From the NCBI GenBank assembly GCA_964529655.1, contig CAZGZA010000002.1, positions 10,705 through 52,936 of the forward strand: a stretch of DNA of 42,232 nucleotides, in the 5' to 3' direction. This DNA comes from an uncultured Methanosarcinales archaeon (GTDB taxonomy: Archaea > Nanobdellota > Nanobdellia > Woesearchaeales > JAGWAF01). Position numbers and translations under genes: made by a program. Below, piece by piece: positions 8,901 to 18,561 of the stretch. How positions within the stretch are numbered: position 1 is the first letter of the stretch; each line of letters starts with the position of its first letter. The notes beneath the pieces are model-generated. The model was not told the origin of the DNA and made no database searches. It saw only the letters and a list, made by a program, of their open reading frames with translations.

Positions 8901-8945
8901 TATAGTAACTGACATTTTGTCTAAATGTTAAGGTCAGTTACTATA
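8901..8945. promoter_or_regulatory. Third copy of the TATAGTAAC-N-GTTACTATA palindrome
   Basis: TATAGTAACTGAC (8901-8913) pairs with GTCAGTTACTATA (8933-8945). The arm sequence and ~45-bp span match those at 1812-1857 and 28203-28248. Confidence 0.45.
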
Positions 8946-10172
8946 ATTGGTTAATTTAGCCTGTTTTGTCAGTTTGTAAACTAGCTTGCTTTCTTTTAAT
9001 ATTTTGCGTATATCATACCCAAACTTTTTATGAACGAGTATTCTGGCATAGTTAAGCATATAACTCCTGTCTGCGAATTCAATGGGTTTAGTTGCCAGCG
9101 CTTTTCTGATTGCCTCCCGGCATACCCAGACTCCAAGAGGCACTGCATATTCTCCTGTAATAAACCGCAGAACAAGGGATGATGCCTGCTTTTTTAGCTT
9201 TATTAATTTTTCTGCCAGTGGAAGCCTTGCGGCATAATACCCTCCCGAGGTGTTGTTTGCATAGCCCTTTCTGCCTTCATAAGGTTCGTAATCACTAGAA
9301 GATTGTATCTCGCTGGTTTGATTCCATATGGCATTGGGCAGGTATGTTTCAAACAGTTCATACGACCAGATGTCAGGAAATAGAAGTATAAGATAGTAAT
9401 TGCCCAGATACCCGCCAAAATACGAAGTGCATATGTCTATTTTTGTAAAGTTTCTTAAGGTGTTTAGCAGGTTTTTTGCAATTATATCATCTGTTGCGGT
9501 AATGGCCCATCTAGTTGGAACAAGCTTTCTGCTGGCGCCAACACCAACATTGCCAACGCTTAATATCTTTGTTAAAAAGTGTTCATCAAATCCTTTATTG
9601 TAGAGGTATACAAGAGCGTCGGAGGCCCTCCAGTCGATGTCATTAACCACCTTTTCAACCTTTGAGGAAACAAAAGGATTTGAGGTAATTCTTGCCCCCT
9701 CAATAAAGGCGTTAGGGCCCATTGGCGGGAGAATATCATCGTTTCTTACTCTGAAAGATGGCTTGTCCTTAAAGGTTATCTCGACCTCAACAGGTTTTGA
9801 GGCTATCCCAATCTCTTTAGAGATATCCACCAATCCACAGCCGGACTTGATATTGCTTTTGAACAGTGCGTTTATCAGCCCGCTTCTATAAGCGATAATC
9901 TCACTGGAACCGATATTATTAGCAGCCCAAAAGCGTGGCGCATCATACCTCCAGCTTTCTATGTTTACCAATGGCGCTAGTATCCCAACATTAACCAATG
10001 GGTAGCCAAACCTTCCAATAAATGGTGCAGGGGAGCTTGAGGCTAAACATGTTAGTGGTAATCCTTTGTTTATTTTGAATATAGCTTCAGATTTTGCGAG
10101 GATTGGGCAGAACTCTCTTCCGCAGCTTTGTTTTGGGTTTTTGCCTTTGCATTGGATACATGGGATTCTCAT
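8934..10172 (-). CDS. nreA: NreA-like DNA repair protein (archaeal Nre N- and C-terminal domains)
   Basis: The N-terminal Cys cluster is CIQCKGK..CGREFCPIL. LVPTRWAITATDD and EPYEGRKGYANNTSGGYYAARL match conserved Nre blocks as I recall them. Confidence 0.65.
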   Translation of the reverse strand: MRIPCIQCKGKNPKQSCGREFCPILAKSEAIFKINKGLPLTCLASSSPAPFIGRFGYPLVNVGILAPLVNIESWRYDAPRFWAANNIGSSEIIAYRSGLINALFKSNIKSGCGLVDISKEIGIASKPVEVEITFKDKPSFRVRNDDILPPMGPNAFIEGARITSNPFVSSKVEKVVNDIDWRASDALVYLYNKGFDEHFLTKILSVGNVGVGASRKLVPTRWAITATDDIIAKNLLNTLRNFTKIDICTSYFGGYLGNYYLILLFPDIWSYELFETYLPNAIWNQTSEIQSSSDYEPYEGRKGYANNTSGGYYAARLPLAEKLIKLKKQASSLVLRFITGEYAVPLGVWVCREAIRKALATKPIEFADRSYMLNYARILVHKKFGYDIRKILKESKLVYKLTKQAKLTNYSN

Positions 10173-10224
10173 TGAAAGCGGTAAGATGGCAAAGCTTTTA
10201 AATTTTGATTACGCTTAAAGTATT

Positions 10225-11379
10225 ATGGCTGCTTTGAGGAAAATAGCTTCAATTATAGTGTTAACCACTGTTTTTGGATTTGCCAGGTCACAGTTAGACC
10301 CGATTTTATCACCCTATGCCAAGAGCCTTGGCTTTAGCACTTTTCAGATAAGCTTATTTTTTGCGGTTTTCTCTCTTGTGATGATATTAATGTCGCCGCT
10401 TATCGGAAGAATTTCAGATGGCATTGGCAGAAAGAGGGTGATTCTTGCCGGCCTGCTTGCCTCAGCCATAGCTTTAGTGCTTTATACTCTTAGCAGTTCA
10501 TGGATAGTCTTTATCGGTGCAAGAGTGCTGGACGCAATGGGTTTTATGTCTGTGGGGTTAATTGCAATATCCAAGCTTGAGGATGGCATTGATGATAGGC
10601 AAAGAGGTGCATTTACAGGATTTAGCGAAAGCATCAACAGCGTTGGAGCAATACTCGGGCCTTTATTAGGCGGCTTTATAGCTGATTATTATACTGTTAA
10701 GATGCCATTTTTCACTGCAGCATTTATAACATTGCTGCTGTTCTTTTTTGTCTTATTCTGGAAAGAGCCTCCTAAAAGGGCATTGCAGCTGTCAGACATT
10801 AACTTTATTCAAAGCTTAGCCAAATTTCTAAAAATCCGGGAGCTAAGGGCAATAGCTCTCCTTGGATTTTTTATGTACGCAACTATCCCGGTAACATACA
10901 TTTTTATTCCTCTTATGATTGTTGAGGAGTTTCATAAACCTTATTCTTATGTGGGGTATTTTTTAGTGGCATATGTTTTCTTTAACCTCTTCCAGTTTGC
11001 TTACGGTAAAATAAGCGATACCATGGGTCAAACCCCAATCTTAGTCCTTGGCGGGGTTATGAGCGGGATAATACTTATTCTTTACGCACAGACGCCATCC
11101 TTTGGCATTCTGCTGTTGCTAACGCTCGCCAGGTCATTTGCAGACGCCAACTGGAGTGTTACTACCTGGGCTTTCATATCGAAAATAGGTGAAAAAAAGC
11201 AGTTTGAGGGCCAGGTTACTGGTTCATATTACTCGCTTGTTAGAATTGGCTCCTTTTCAAGCTATGCGCTCAGCAGCCTGGTGGTGTTGTATTTTAATGT
11301 GCAGGTGCTATTTGTTTTATACGGGGTGTTGCTGATTGCCGCGGCATTGGTTGCAGAAAGAATGCTTGCAAAAGCGTAA
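10225..11379 (+). CDS. MFS transporter
   Basis: About 12 TM segments and MFS motif A, GRISDGIGRKRVILAG. Confidence 0.85.
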   Translation: MAALRKIASIIVLTTVFGFARSQLDPILSPYAKSLGFSTFQISLFFAVFSLVMILMSPLIGRISDGIGRKRVILAGLLASAIALVLYTLSSSWIVFIGARVLDAMGFMSVGLIAISKLEDGIDDRQRGAFTGFSESINSVGAILGPLLGGFIADYYTVKMPFFTAAFITLLLFFFVLFWKEPPKRALQLSDINFIQSLAKFLKIRELRAIALLGFFMYATIPVTYIFIPLMIVEEFHKPYSYVGYFLVAYVFFNLFQFAYGKISDTMGQTPILVLGGVMSGIILILYAQTPSFGILLLLTLARSFADANWSVTTWAFISKIGEKKQFEGQVTGSYYSLVRIGSFSSYALSSLVVLYFNVQVLFVLYGVLLIAAALVAERMLAKA

Positions 11380-11497
11380 TGGAAACCTTAGCTTTCCATT
11401 TGTATTTTTCGTAACACTTTAGTATTCTGAAGTATGCCAATAAAAATTCTGCTTTTATGAGTACGTACAGGAAAATACTTTCCTCAGTTCCGGTTGC

Positions 11498-11779
11498 CTG
11501 CCTCCCTACTGTAAAATCCGAGATTTTACAGTCCCTCAAATTTGTTCCAAATTTGAGTTGTCTTGGCTTTGCCAAGATTAAATTTTCTCCCCCTCGCTTG
11601 CGCAGGGGGAGAAAATACCTCAAAATCAGAGATTTTGCGGTACTTCAAATTTAGCCAGAACCCTTTCTTGATTTTGAGGTACTGCAAATTTAGCGAAAAG
11701 CTAAATTTGAAGTATAACCCAACTTTGTTCTGAACAAAGTTGAGCAGGGAGGCAGCAGATGAATAATAACAGCAGCAAA
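11498..11779 (-). repeat. 282-bp multi-hairpin element, copy 1 (perfect inverted copy of 18152-18433)
   Basis: Its reverse complement matches 18152-18433 at both ends on direct comparison. The two track ORFs crossing the copies share an identical 85-residue stretch. Confidence 0.9.
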
Positions 11780-11821
11780 GCATTTTTGCTTCAGAAAGCT
11801 GAACAACTACATTTTAACCTG

Positions 11822-12775
11822 CTACAGCTTCCTGATTCTTGCGACATAGAACCCCTCTGTATCATTATCCTGAGGCCAGATTCTAAGCGTTTTGCTTATT
11901 TCATCAGAATACTTTTTGTCCTCAAAAAATAATACAGGAGGAGAGGACTTCAAATGCGGAAGATTAACTTCTTCTATAACCGCGTTATCATGCCTCTTTA
12001 ACAAGAAGTCAACAACGCCCTCATTCTCCTCTGGCTCGAGTGAGCAGGTAGAATAAACCAGAACGCCATCCTGCTTTAAAACCTTAAAGCCGGTCTCTAT
12101 AAGATTTTTTTGGACAAAACTTAATTTTGTCACCATCTTTGGATTCCATGCCTCAATCGTCGACAATGACTTTCTGATTGTACCTGTTCCTGAACAGGGA
12201 GCATCAGCCAAAACATAATCAAATTGTGTTTTGATATTACTAAACCATTGGCCTTGCATTAGTGTGATAATAGCATTTCTTACACCGCACCTTTGCAGGT
12301 TTAAACCAAGCGGCGCAAGCCTGATTCCGATATGGTCATTTGCTATAATAACCCCCTTATTGTTGAGCATCTGCGCAATTTGCGTTGTTTTACTGCCAGG
12401 GGATGCGCACATGTCCAAAATAGCTGGTTCCTCAAACTGTTCATTGTACAATAATGCCAGTGGAGGTATCATAGAAACTGCCTCCTGAACATAAAAATAC
12501 CCTAAGCTGTGCTCCAGAGTGTTGCCGATTGCCTCCTCACGCTTTTCAATCCAAAACCCTTCGTTGCACCATGGAATCTGCTCAAAACCCCATGTCGCAG
12601 CTAGGCGTTTATGCAACCTATCAATCGATGTTTTAAGTGTATTAACTCTTATAGACTTTCTAAGAAAAGCAAGAGAATATTTCTTAAACTCCTCGAATTC
12701 CGTTAATTTGCTGTATCTTGCGATAAACTCTTTTTTGAATTTTAATGATTCTGTTCCAGGTATTGGAGTTAACAT
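11822..12775 (-). CDS. NOL1/NOP2/Sun family RNA (cytosine-C5)-methyltransferase
   Basis: DMCASPGSKT (SAM site), DAPCSGTGTIRK and YSTCSLEPEENE (the two catalytic Cys motifs). Confidence 0.9.
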   Translation of the reverse strand: MLTPIPGTESLKFKKEFIARYSKLTEFEEFKKYSLAFLRKSIRVNTLKTSIDRLHKRLAATWGFEQIPWCNEGFWIEKREEAIGNTLEHSLGYFYVQEAVSMIPPLALLYNEQFEEPAILDMCASPGSKTTQIAQMLNNKGVIIANDHIGIRLAPLGLNLQRCGVRNAIITLMQGQWFSNIKTQFDYVLADAPCSGTGTIRKSLSTIEAWNPKMVTKLSFVQKNLIETGFKVLKQDGVLVYSTCSLEPEENEGVVDFLLKRHDNAVIEEVNLPHLKSSPPVLFFEDKKYSDEISKTLRIWPQDNDTEGFYVARIRKL

Positions 12776-12839
12776 CAGAGCTTTAACAGGATTTTAATAT
12801 TTATAAAATGTTGCTGACAAATAGCACTATTCTATATAT

Positions 12840-13217
12840 CTACTTATCCTGATTTTGTTTTTGGTATTTTATTCCGGTTGCCCTTATTATGTACTCACGA
12901 AACAACCCAAAGAAAGCTCTTTCACCAAAGTATTCCCTGAATTCTACAATCTCATCATATTGTTTGGCGACTGCGTTAAAATTTTTATATGCCACACCCA
13001 TTCCCATCCAAGCAATGGAGATCGCATCAACCCTTATTGGCTCGGCTACAACACCTTTTTGTGTTACATACTGCTCCAGAGATAGCCTTTCCTGCGCGGC
13101 TTTTAGTGCAAGAAAATCTCCTAAACTGCTATTCCAGTGCGGCGCTTTTAGGCATAATGAGTCCCACCACGCACCGATATGCGGCACAAACAGGTTAGCC
13201 CACGTCTTCTCTTTCAT
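12840..13217 (-). CDS. Hypothetical protein
   Basis: 125-aa ORF filling the gap between flanking genes. No recognisable motif. Confidence 0.35.
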   Translation of the reverse strand: MKEKTWANLFVPHIGAWWDSLCLKAPHWNSSLGDFLALKAAQERLSLEQYVTQKGVVAEPIRVDAISIAWMGMGVAYKNFNAVAKQYDEIVEFREYFGERAFFGLFREYIIRATGIKYQKQNQDK

Positions 13218-13271
13218 AAACTCTGGGTATTAACATTAATTATATAAAGCTTTGTTCACTTCTCATGGAAA

Positions 13272-13925
13272 ATGAGAGGGAGCAGTGCTAAAAGTTTGTA
13301 CAAGTTTATTCTAAAGGGTTTTATCGGAAGGAAAAATACAAAAGAATTCTATAACAGGGTTGCTGGCATCTATGAGTCGGCTATGAGCAGCCAACAAAAG
13401 CATGCTACAGAAATTATTGACCGACTTCCGAGAGGAGATATCTGCCTTGATTTAGGCTGCGGTACCGGCCTTTCAACCCTGGAATTAATGACAAAAGCTG
13501 ATTTTACTGTTGGTATTGATTTTTCCAGAAGCATGCTCAATGAGGCAAAAAAGAAGGGATTGGAAAGGCTTATCAACGGAAATATTTTGGAGCTTCCTTT
13601 CAGAAGCAATACAATAGACTGCACCACTGCCATAGGTGTAGTTCGGCATTTGCCTTATGGTTCAGAACAAACCTTCTTTAATGAGATTTATAGAGTTTTA
13701 AAAAAGAATGGTGTATTTATGACACCGGCAGTAAAATACACCTTCTGCAACCGATTGGTTTTAGGGTTGTACGATAAATTCATGAAACTACTAGGCTATG
13801 ATGAACAACTGGCAAGATTTAGTGTAGAAAATTTTAAGATTTTGGGAGAAAATGCTGGTTTTGCCGTTCAAGCTTATCCTTTCAGGGGATTAAGAGACGG
13901 ATTTCTAGTTTATTTCATTAAATAA
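13272..13925 (+). CDS. Class I SAM-dependent methyltransferase
   Basis: Motif I is ICLDLGCGTG. The acidic post-I residue and the LKKNGVF motif are present. Confidence 0.8.
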   Translation: MRGSSAKSLYKFILKGFIGRKNTKEFYNRVAGIYESAMSSQQKHATEIIDRLPRGDICLDLGCGTGLSTLELMTKADFTVGIDFSRSMLNEAKKKGLERLINGNILELPFRSNTIDCTTAIGVVRHLPYGSEQTFFNEIYRVLKKNGVFMTPAVKYTFCNRLVLGLYDKFMKLLGYDEQLARFSVENFKILGENAGFAVQAYPFRGLRDGFLVYFIK

Positions 13926-14007
13926 TCAACAATCTTTGAGCAGATATACAATCAATTCAGCTTTAATCTCCAAAAGATTTAATAAATCAGGATTTTTAGG
14001 ATAGGCT

Positions 14008-14664
14008 ATGGTCTTGTTATGCGGAATTGATGAAGCTGGCCGGGGACCAATCATTGGCCCGATGGTAATGTGCGGCGTAGTTATAGAAGAAAAAGATGAG
14101 CTTAAACTTGCGGCTATAGGAGCAAGAGATTCAAAACTTTTAAGCCCCAAGGCGCGCGAAATAACCTACAAAAAGATTATAGGCATTGTCAAGGATTACA
14201 AGGTTGAAATAATTTCTCCTGAGGAGATAGATGCTGCTTTAAAATCTGCAACCTTAAACCTTAATTGGCTTGAGGCGCATAAAACAGCTGCAATAGTAAA
14301 CTACCTTAATCCTGATAAAGTACTCATGGACTGCCCAAGCCCAAATTGCAGGGCTTACACAAACTATGTTAAACCGCTTATTACAAACAAAAACATCAAG
14401 CTAATAGCAGAGCCGAAAGCTGACGTTAACTACCCGGTTGTTAGCGCTGCCTCAATAATTGCAAAGGTAATCAGAGACCAGCAGATTGAGGAAATTAAAA
14501 AAAGGATTGGCATCGATTTCGGTTCAGGCTATATTGCCGATGAGCGCACGCTTAATTTTGTAAAGGAAAACTATGATGTTTATCCTGAAATTTTTAGAAA
14601 AGAATGGGCGCCGTATAAAAAAGCCATGCAGTCAAAAAAGCAAAAGAGCATTAAGGAGTTTTAA
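14008..14664 (+). CDS. rnhB: Ribonuclease HII
   Basis: GIDEAGRGPIIGPMV plus the DSK and SAASIIAK motifs. Confidence 0.9.
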   Translation: MVLLCGIDEAGRGPIIGPMVMCGVVIEEKDELKLAAIGARDSKLLSPKAREITYKKIIGIVKDYKVEIISPEEIDAALKSATLNLNWLEAHKTAAIVNYLNPDKVLMDCPSPNCRAYTNYVKPLITNKNIKLIAEPKADVNYPVVSAASIIAKVIRDQQIEEIKKRIGIDFGSGYIADERTLNFVKENYDVYPEIFRKEWAPYKKAMQSKKQKSIKEF

Positions 14665-14680
14665 CTGATTTGGACATTTC

Positions 14681-14695
14681 AAAAGGCTTATAAAC
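14681..14695 (+). promoter_or_regulatory. BRE/TATA-like promoter AAAAGGCTTATAAAC for tRNA-iMet
   Basis: It is centred ~28 nt upstream of the tRNA 5' end and is the same word as upstream of 16S. Confidence 0.5.
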
Positions 14696-14718
14696 AACAA
14701 GCAGTTATTTGCGTGCAT

Positions 14719-14793
14719 AGCGAGGTAGGGCAGACAGGAGTGCCCGGGGGGCTCATAACCCCCAGGTCGGTGGTTCAAATCCACCCCTCGCTA
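14719..14793 (+). tRNA. Initiator tRNA-Met (CAT)
   Basis: Hand-folded cloverleaf: acceptor AGCGAGG/CCTCGCT with A1:U72, anticodon arm GGGGG-CTCATAA-CCCCC (a G:C run typical of initiators), T arm GGTGG-TTCAAAT-CCACC. Confidence 0.9.
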
Positions 14794-14933
14794 TTTTTAT
14801 GTTTGTAGTTTGTGGGACTTCATGAAGTGAATGTCCCATTCTTTTTGATCAAACTTTTCGTTAGTTCATGAGCGCGCTCATGAACTAAGCCACGCATGGC
14901 CGTAAAAGTTTGGTGAATATCCACCTCTCGTTA
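14794..14933 (+). repeat. tRNA-iMet trailer cassette ending in a degenerate copy of the tRNA 3' end
   Basis: CCACCTCTCGTTA (14921-14933) matches the tRNA 3' end CCACCCCTCGCTA (14781-14793) at 11/13. It is preceded by AAAAGTTTGGTGAATAT. It contains the module 14814-14860, shared with the tRNA-Pro trailer, and a 28-nt perfect palindrome at 14861-14888. Confidence 0.75.
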
Positions 14934-14981
14934 GTTTCTTTTGTTCCTCAAACAAGAATTAATTAAAATTATAACGCGGAT

Positions 14982-15320
14982 TCATCCGTAACTTTTAGGT
15001 TTTTGGTTGTCTGTATGCAGCTTATCCTTTATTTCGTTTTCAAGGTCATTAAAGGCCTTATGAAGTGTTCTCGCCAAATCCCAATCAACTGCCTTTGTCG
15101 ACTCAAAAATACGTGTTGGCGCAACCAACTTTAGGTGAACGGAAAATTTTTCCCTGCCCCCGCCTTTACTATGCGTTTTAATGTGTACTGTTATTGAGGT
15201 AAAGTTTTTTATGGTGCGTTTTAGCTTTTGGTAGTATTCTGTGGCAAGACTATTAACTGTTTGTTGCTCTTCAGGTTTTAATTCACTCACTCCAATATAT
15301 TGAATGACTTCAGCTACCAT
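14982..15320 (-). CDS. Possible HPF/RaiA-like (S30AE family) ribosome-associated protein
   Basis: About 110 aa from MVAEVIQYIG. The layout ..EEQQTVNSLATEYYQKLKR.. ITVHIKTH.. KFSVHLKLVAP.. STKAVDWDLARTLHKAFNDLENEIKDKLH resembles HPF/YfiA. This is pattern recognition only. Confidence 0.4.
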   Translation of the reverse strand: MVAEVIQYIGVSELKPEEQQTVNSLATEYYQKLKRTIKNFTSITVHIKTHSKGGGREKFSVHLKLVAPTRIFESTKAVDWDLARTLHKAFNDLENEIKDKLHTDNQKPKSYG

Positions 15321-15467
15321 CTTGAAGGTATATTGCAGTTTTTGAGGTTTATATGTTTTACTGATAAGTAATGCCAGACATAAATAACACATAAAATTGT
15401 TATGTTCTGGCAACCTTTAGTAAGCAATTTATTTCATAACTTATTTTTGTCGCTTACTAAAACTTAG

Positions 15468-16886
<1,419 letters not shown>

Positions 16887-16942
16887 TTAATATCACCAAA
16901 CCCTATTTTATGATGTGTTTTAAATATATTTTGATTGGTATG

Positions 16943-17992
16943 TTAGACAACATCTTTCACTTCAGCTTTAAGATTTTCAATGAATCTGCTGAAATCCTTT
17001 TCCTTGACGCTTCCGCCGCAGGCAAACTCATGCCCTCCGCCAAAGCCATCAATGCCTCTTAACGCTATTTCCAGAACTTTTCTTAGGTCTATTGTATTGT
17101 TATCCCCTCTTCTTAAGCTTAGCTTAAACTCATCCCCTTTTTTTCTGCAGATAACCACTATCTTATCCGGATGCAGATAAGAAATTTCATTGGAAAGCCC
17201 GCTTGTGAAGCTGTACCCCTTTTCAGAATAGACAAACAAAACAACTTTCCCATTAATATGGTTCAGCGCTTCATCCCTTAACTTTTCGTAAAGCATGTTA
17301 ATTTTTTCGAAGCGCTTAAAGAGAAATTTACCTTGAGGTGTTTTCTGTTCAAGAATATCTTCTGGAGCGGTGATTCGCGTCAAAATTTTAAGAGAAGCCA
17401 TTACCTCTTTTGTTTTGCCTTTAAGATTAGTTGCAAGGATTGCCACCAATTTTCCAAGCCTGCTTTTATACAGAATATCCCCTGGTTTTTTTAAATCCTC
17501 TCCGATTAGATTGGGGTAATCCTGCCTAAACTCATTTATAAAATGTGGGATATACCAATCGCCAATGCAGCCACATGCCGCTATCCACATATCCTGCTTG
17601 ACTATATCATAACAGACAGCTGTTGGGGGAATTGGCGGGCCATACTGGCGTGTATTAAAATAGGTTACATTCTCCCTTTTTAAGATGTCATGATGGTCTA
17701 GCCATACAACCGGCTTTTTAACCTCATCAATAAAATCCTGTTCAACAACCGCTAAATCCAAAACAAAAATCTTATCCGCATCATAATCCAATACCTTTTT
17801 TGCGTAAATGCTCTTTGTAACGCACGGCGTTGATTTTACGATTATTCCCCTGCCGCGTTTTATAAACCTGTAAAGCAGCAGAAACGAGCACAGGCCATCC
17901 GGGTCGTCGTGGAAAAAGAATATCGGCCTTTTGCTTGTTAAAAGCTCATCCTTTATCTGGCTAATCTGTTCTGCAGGAAGCATAAAAAGCAT
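16943..17992 (-). CDS. DHH/DHHA1 family phosphoesterase (NrnA/RecJ-like)
   Basis: FFHDDPDGLCS, LDHHD and the C-terminal GGGHEFACGG. Confidence 0.8.
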   Translation of the reverse strand: MLFMLPAEQISQIKDELLTSKRPIFFFHDDPDGLCSFLLLYRFIKRGRGIIVKSTPCVTKSIYAKKVLDYDADKIFVLDLAVVEQDFIDEVKKPVVWLDHHDILKRENVTYFNTRQYGPPIPPTAVCYDIVKQDMWIAACGCIGDWYIPHFINEFRQDYPNLIGEDLKKPGDILYKSRLGKLVAILATNLKGKTKEVMASLKILTRITAPEDILEQKTPQGKFLFKRFEKINMLYEKLRDEALNHINGKVVLFVYSEKGYSFTSGLSNEISYLHPDKIVVICRKKGDEFKLSLRRGDNNTIDLRKVLEIALRGIDGFGGGHEFACGGSVKEKDFSRFIENLKAEVKDVV

Positions 17993-18053
17993 AAGAATAC
18001 TGTTATTTAAAAGATTATTGAAAAATAGTACTTATTTAGCTTTCTGAAGTCAT

Positions 18054-18137
18054 AAAAATCCACTGTAGGTGGATTTTTAGGATGCCAAAGACGAGCCAGC
18101 ATCTACACCGTTAAGATAGGGTTTTAGGCTCGTCTTT
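18054..18137. repeat. Two-hairpin element, copy 2 (see 6589-6674)
   Basis: AAAAATCCACTGTAGGTGGATTTTTAGGATGCC followed by AAAGACGAGC..GCTCGTCTTT. It lies 14 nt from the 282-bp repeat. Confidence 0.6.
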
Positions 18138-18151
18138 GTGCATAAAGATAA

Positions 18152-18433
18152 TTTGCTGCTGTTATTATTCATCTGCTGCCTCCCTGCTCAACTTTGTTCA
18201 GAACAAAGTTGGGTTATACTTCAAATTTAGCTTTTCGCTAAATTTGCAGTACCTCAAAATCAAGAAAGGGTTCTGGCTAAATTTGAAGTACCGCAAAATC
18301 TCTGATTTTGAGGTATTTTCTCCCCCTGCGCAAGCGAGGGGGAGAAAATTTAATCTTGGCAAAGCCAAGACAACTCAAATTTGGAACAAATTTGAGGGAC
18401 TGTAAAATCTCGGATTTTACAGTAGGGAGGCAG
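18152..18433 (+). repeat. 282-bp multi-hairpin element, copy 2
   Basis: Perfect inverted copy of 11498-11779. The terminal pairing is GCTGCCTCCCT / AGGGAGGCAGC, with about seven internal stem-loops. Confidence 0.9.
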
Positions 18434-18561
18434 CGGCGGGAGCAGAGAAAATCATTTTTCTGAGGTTACAACACAGAACATTCATCACACTTCAGAATAA
18501 TAAAAGGTTCTGCTAAAACGAAAGGTAAATAAAAGAAATTGTCCACTATAAACAAGGAAAA

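Noticed and set aside
11526-11783. 85-aa ORF (and its twin at 18136-18405) with an identical 85-residue stretch, which could look like a duplicated small gene
   Set aside because: Both lie entirely within the 282-bp multi-hairpin repeat. The sequence is a chain of perfect palindromes, the peptide is low-complexity (CCCYYSS.., KFSFSLNLQYLKIKK) and there is no promoter or RBS context. They are best explained as by-products of the repeat. The ORFs 11294-11623 and 11457-11654 are rejected for the same reason.
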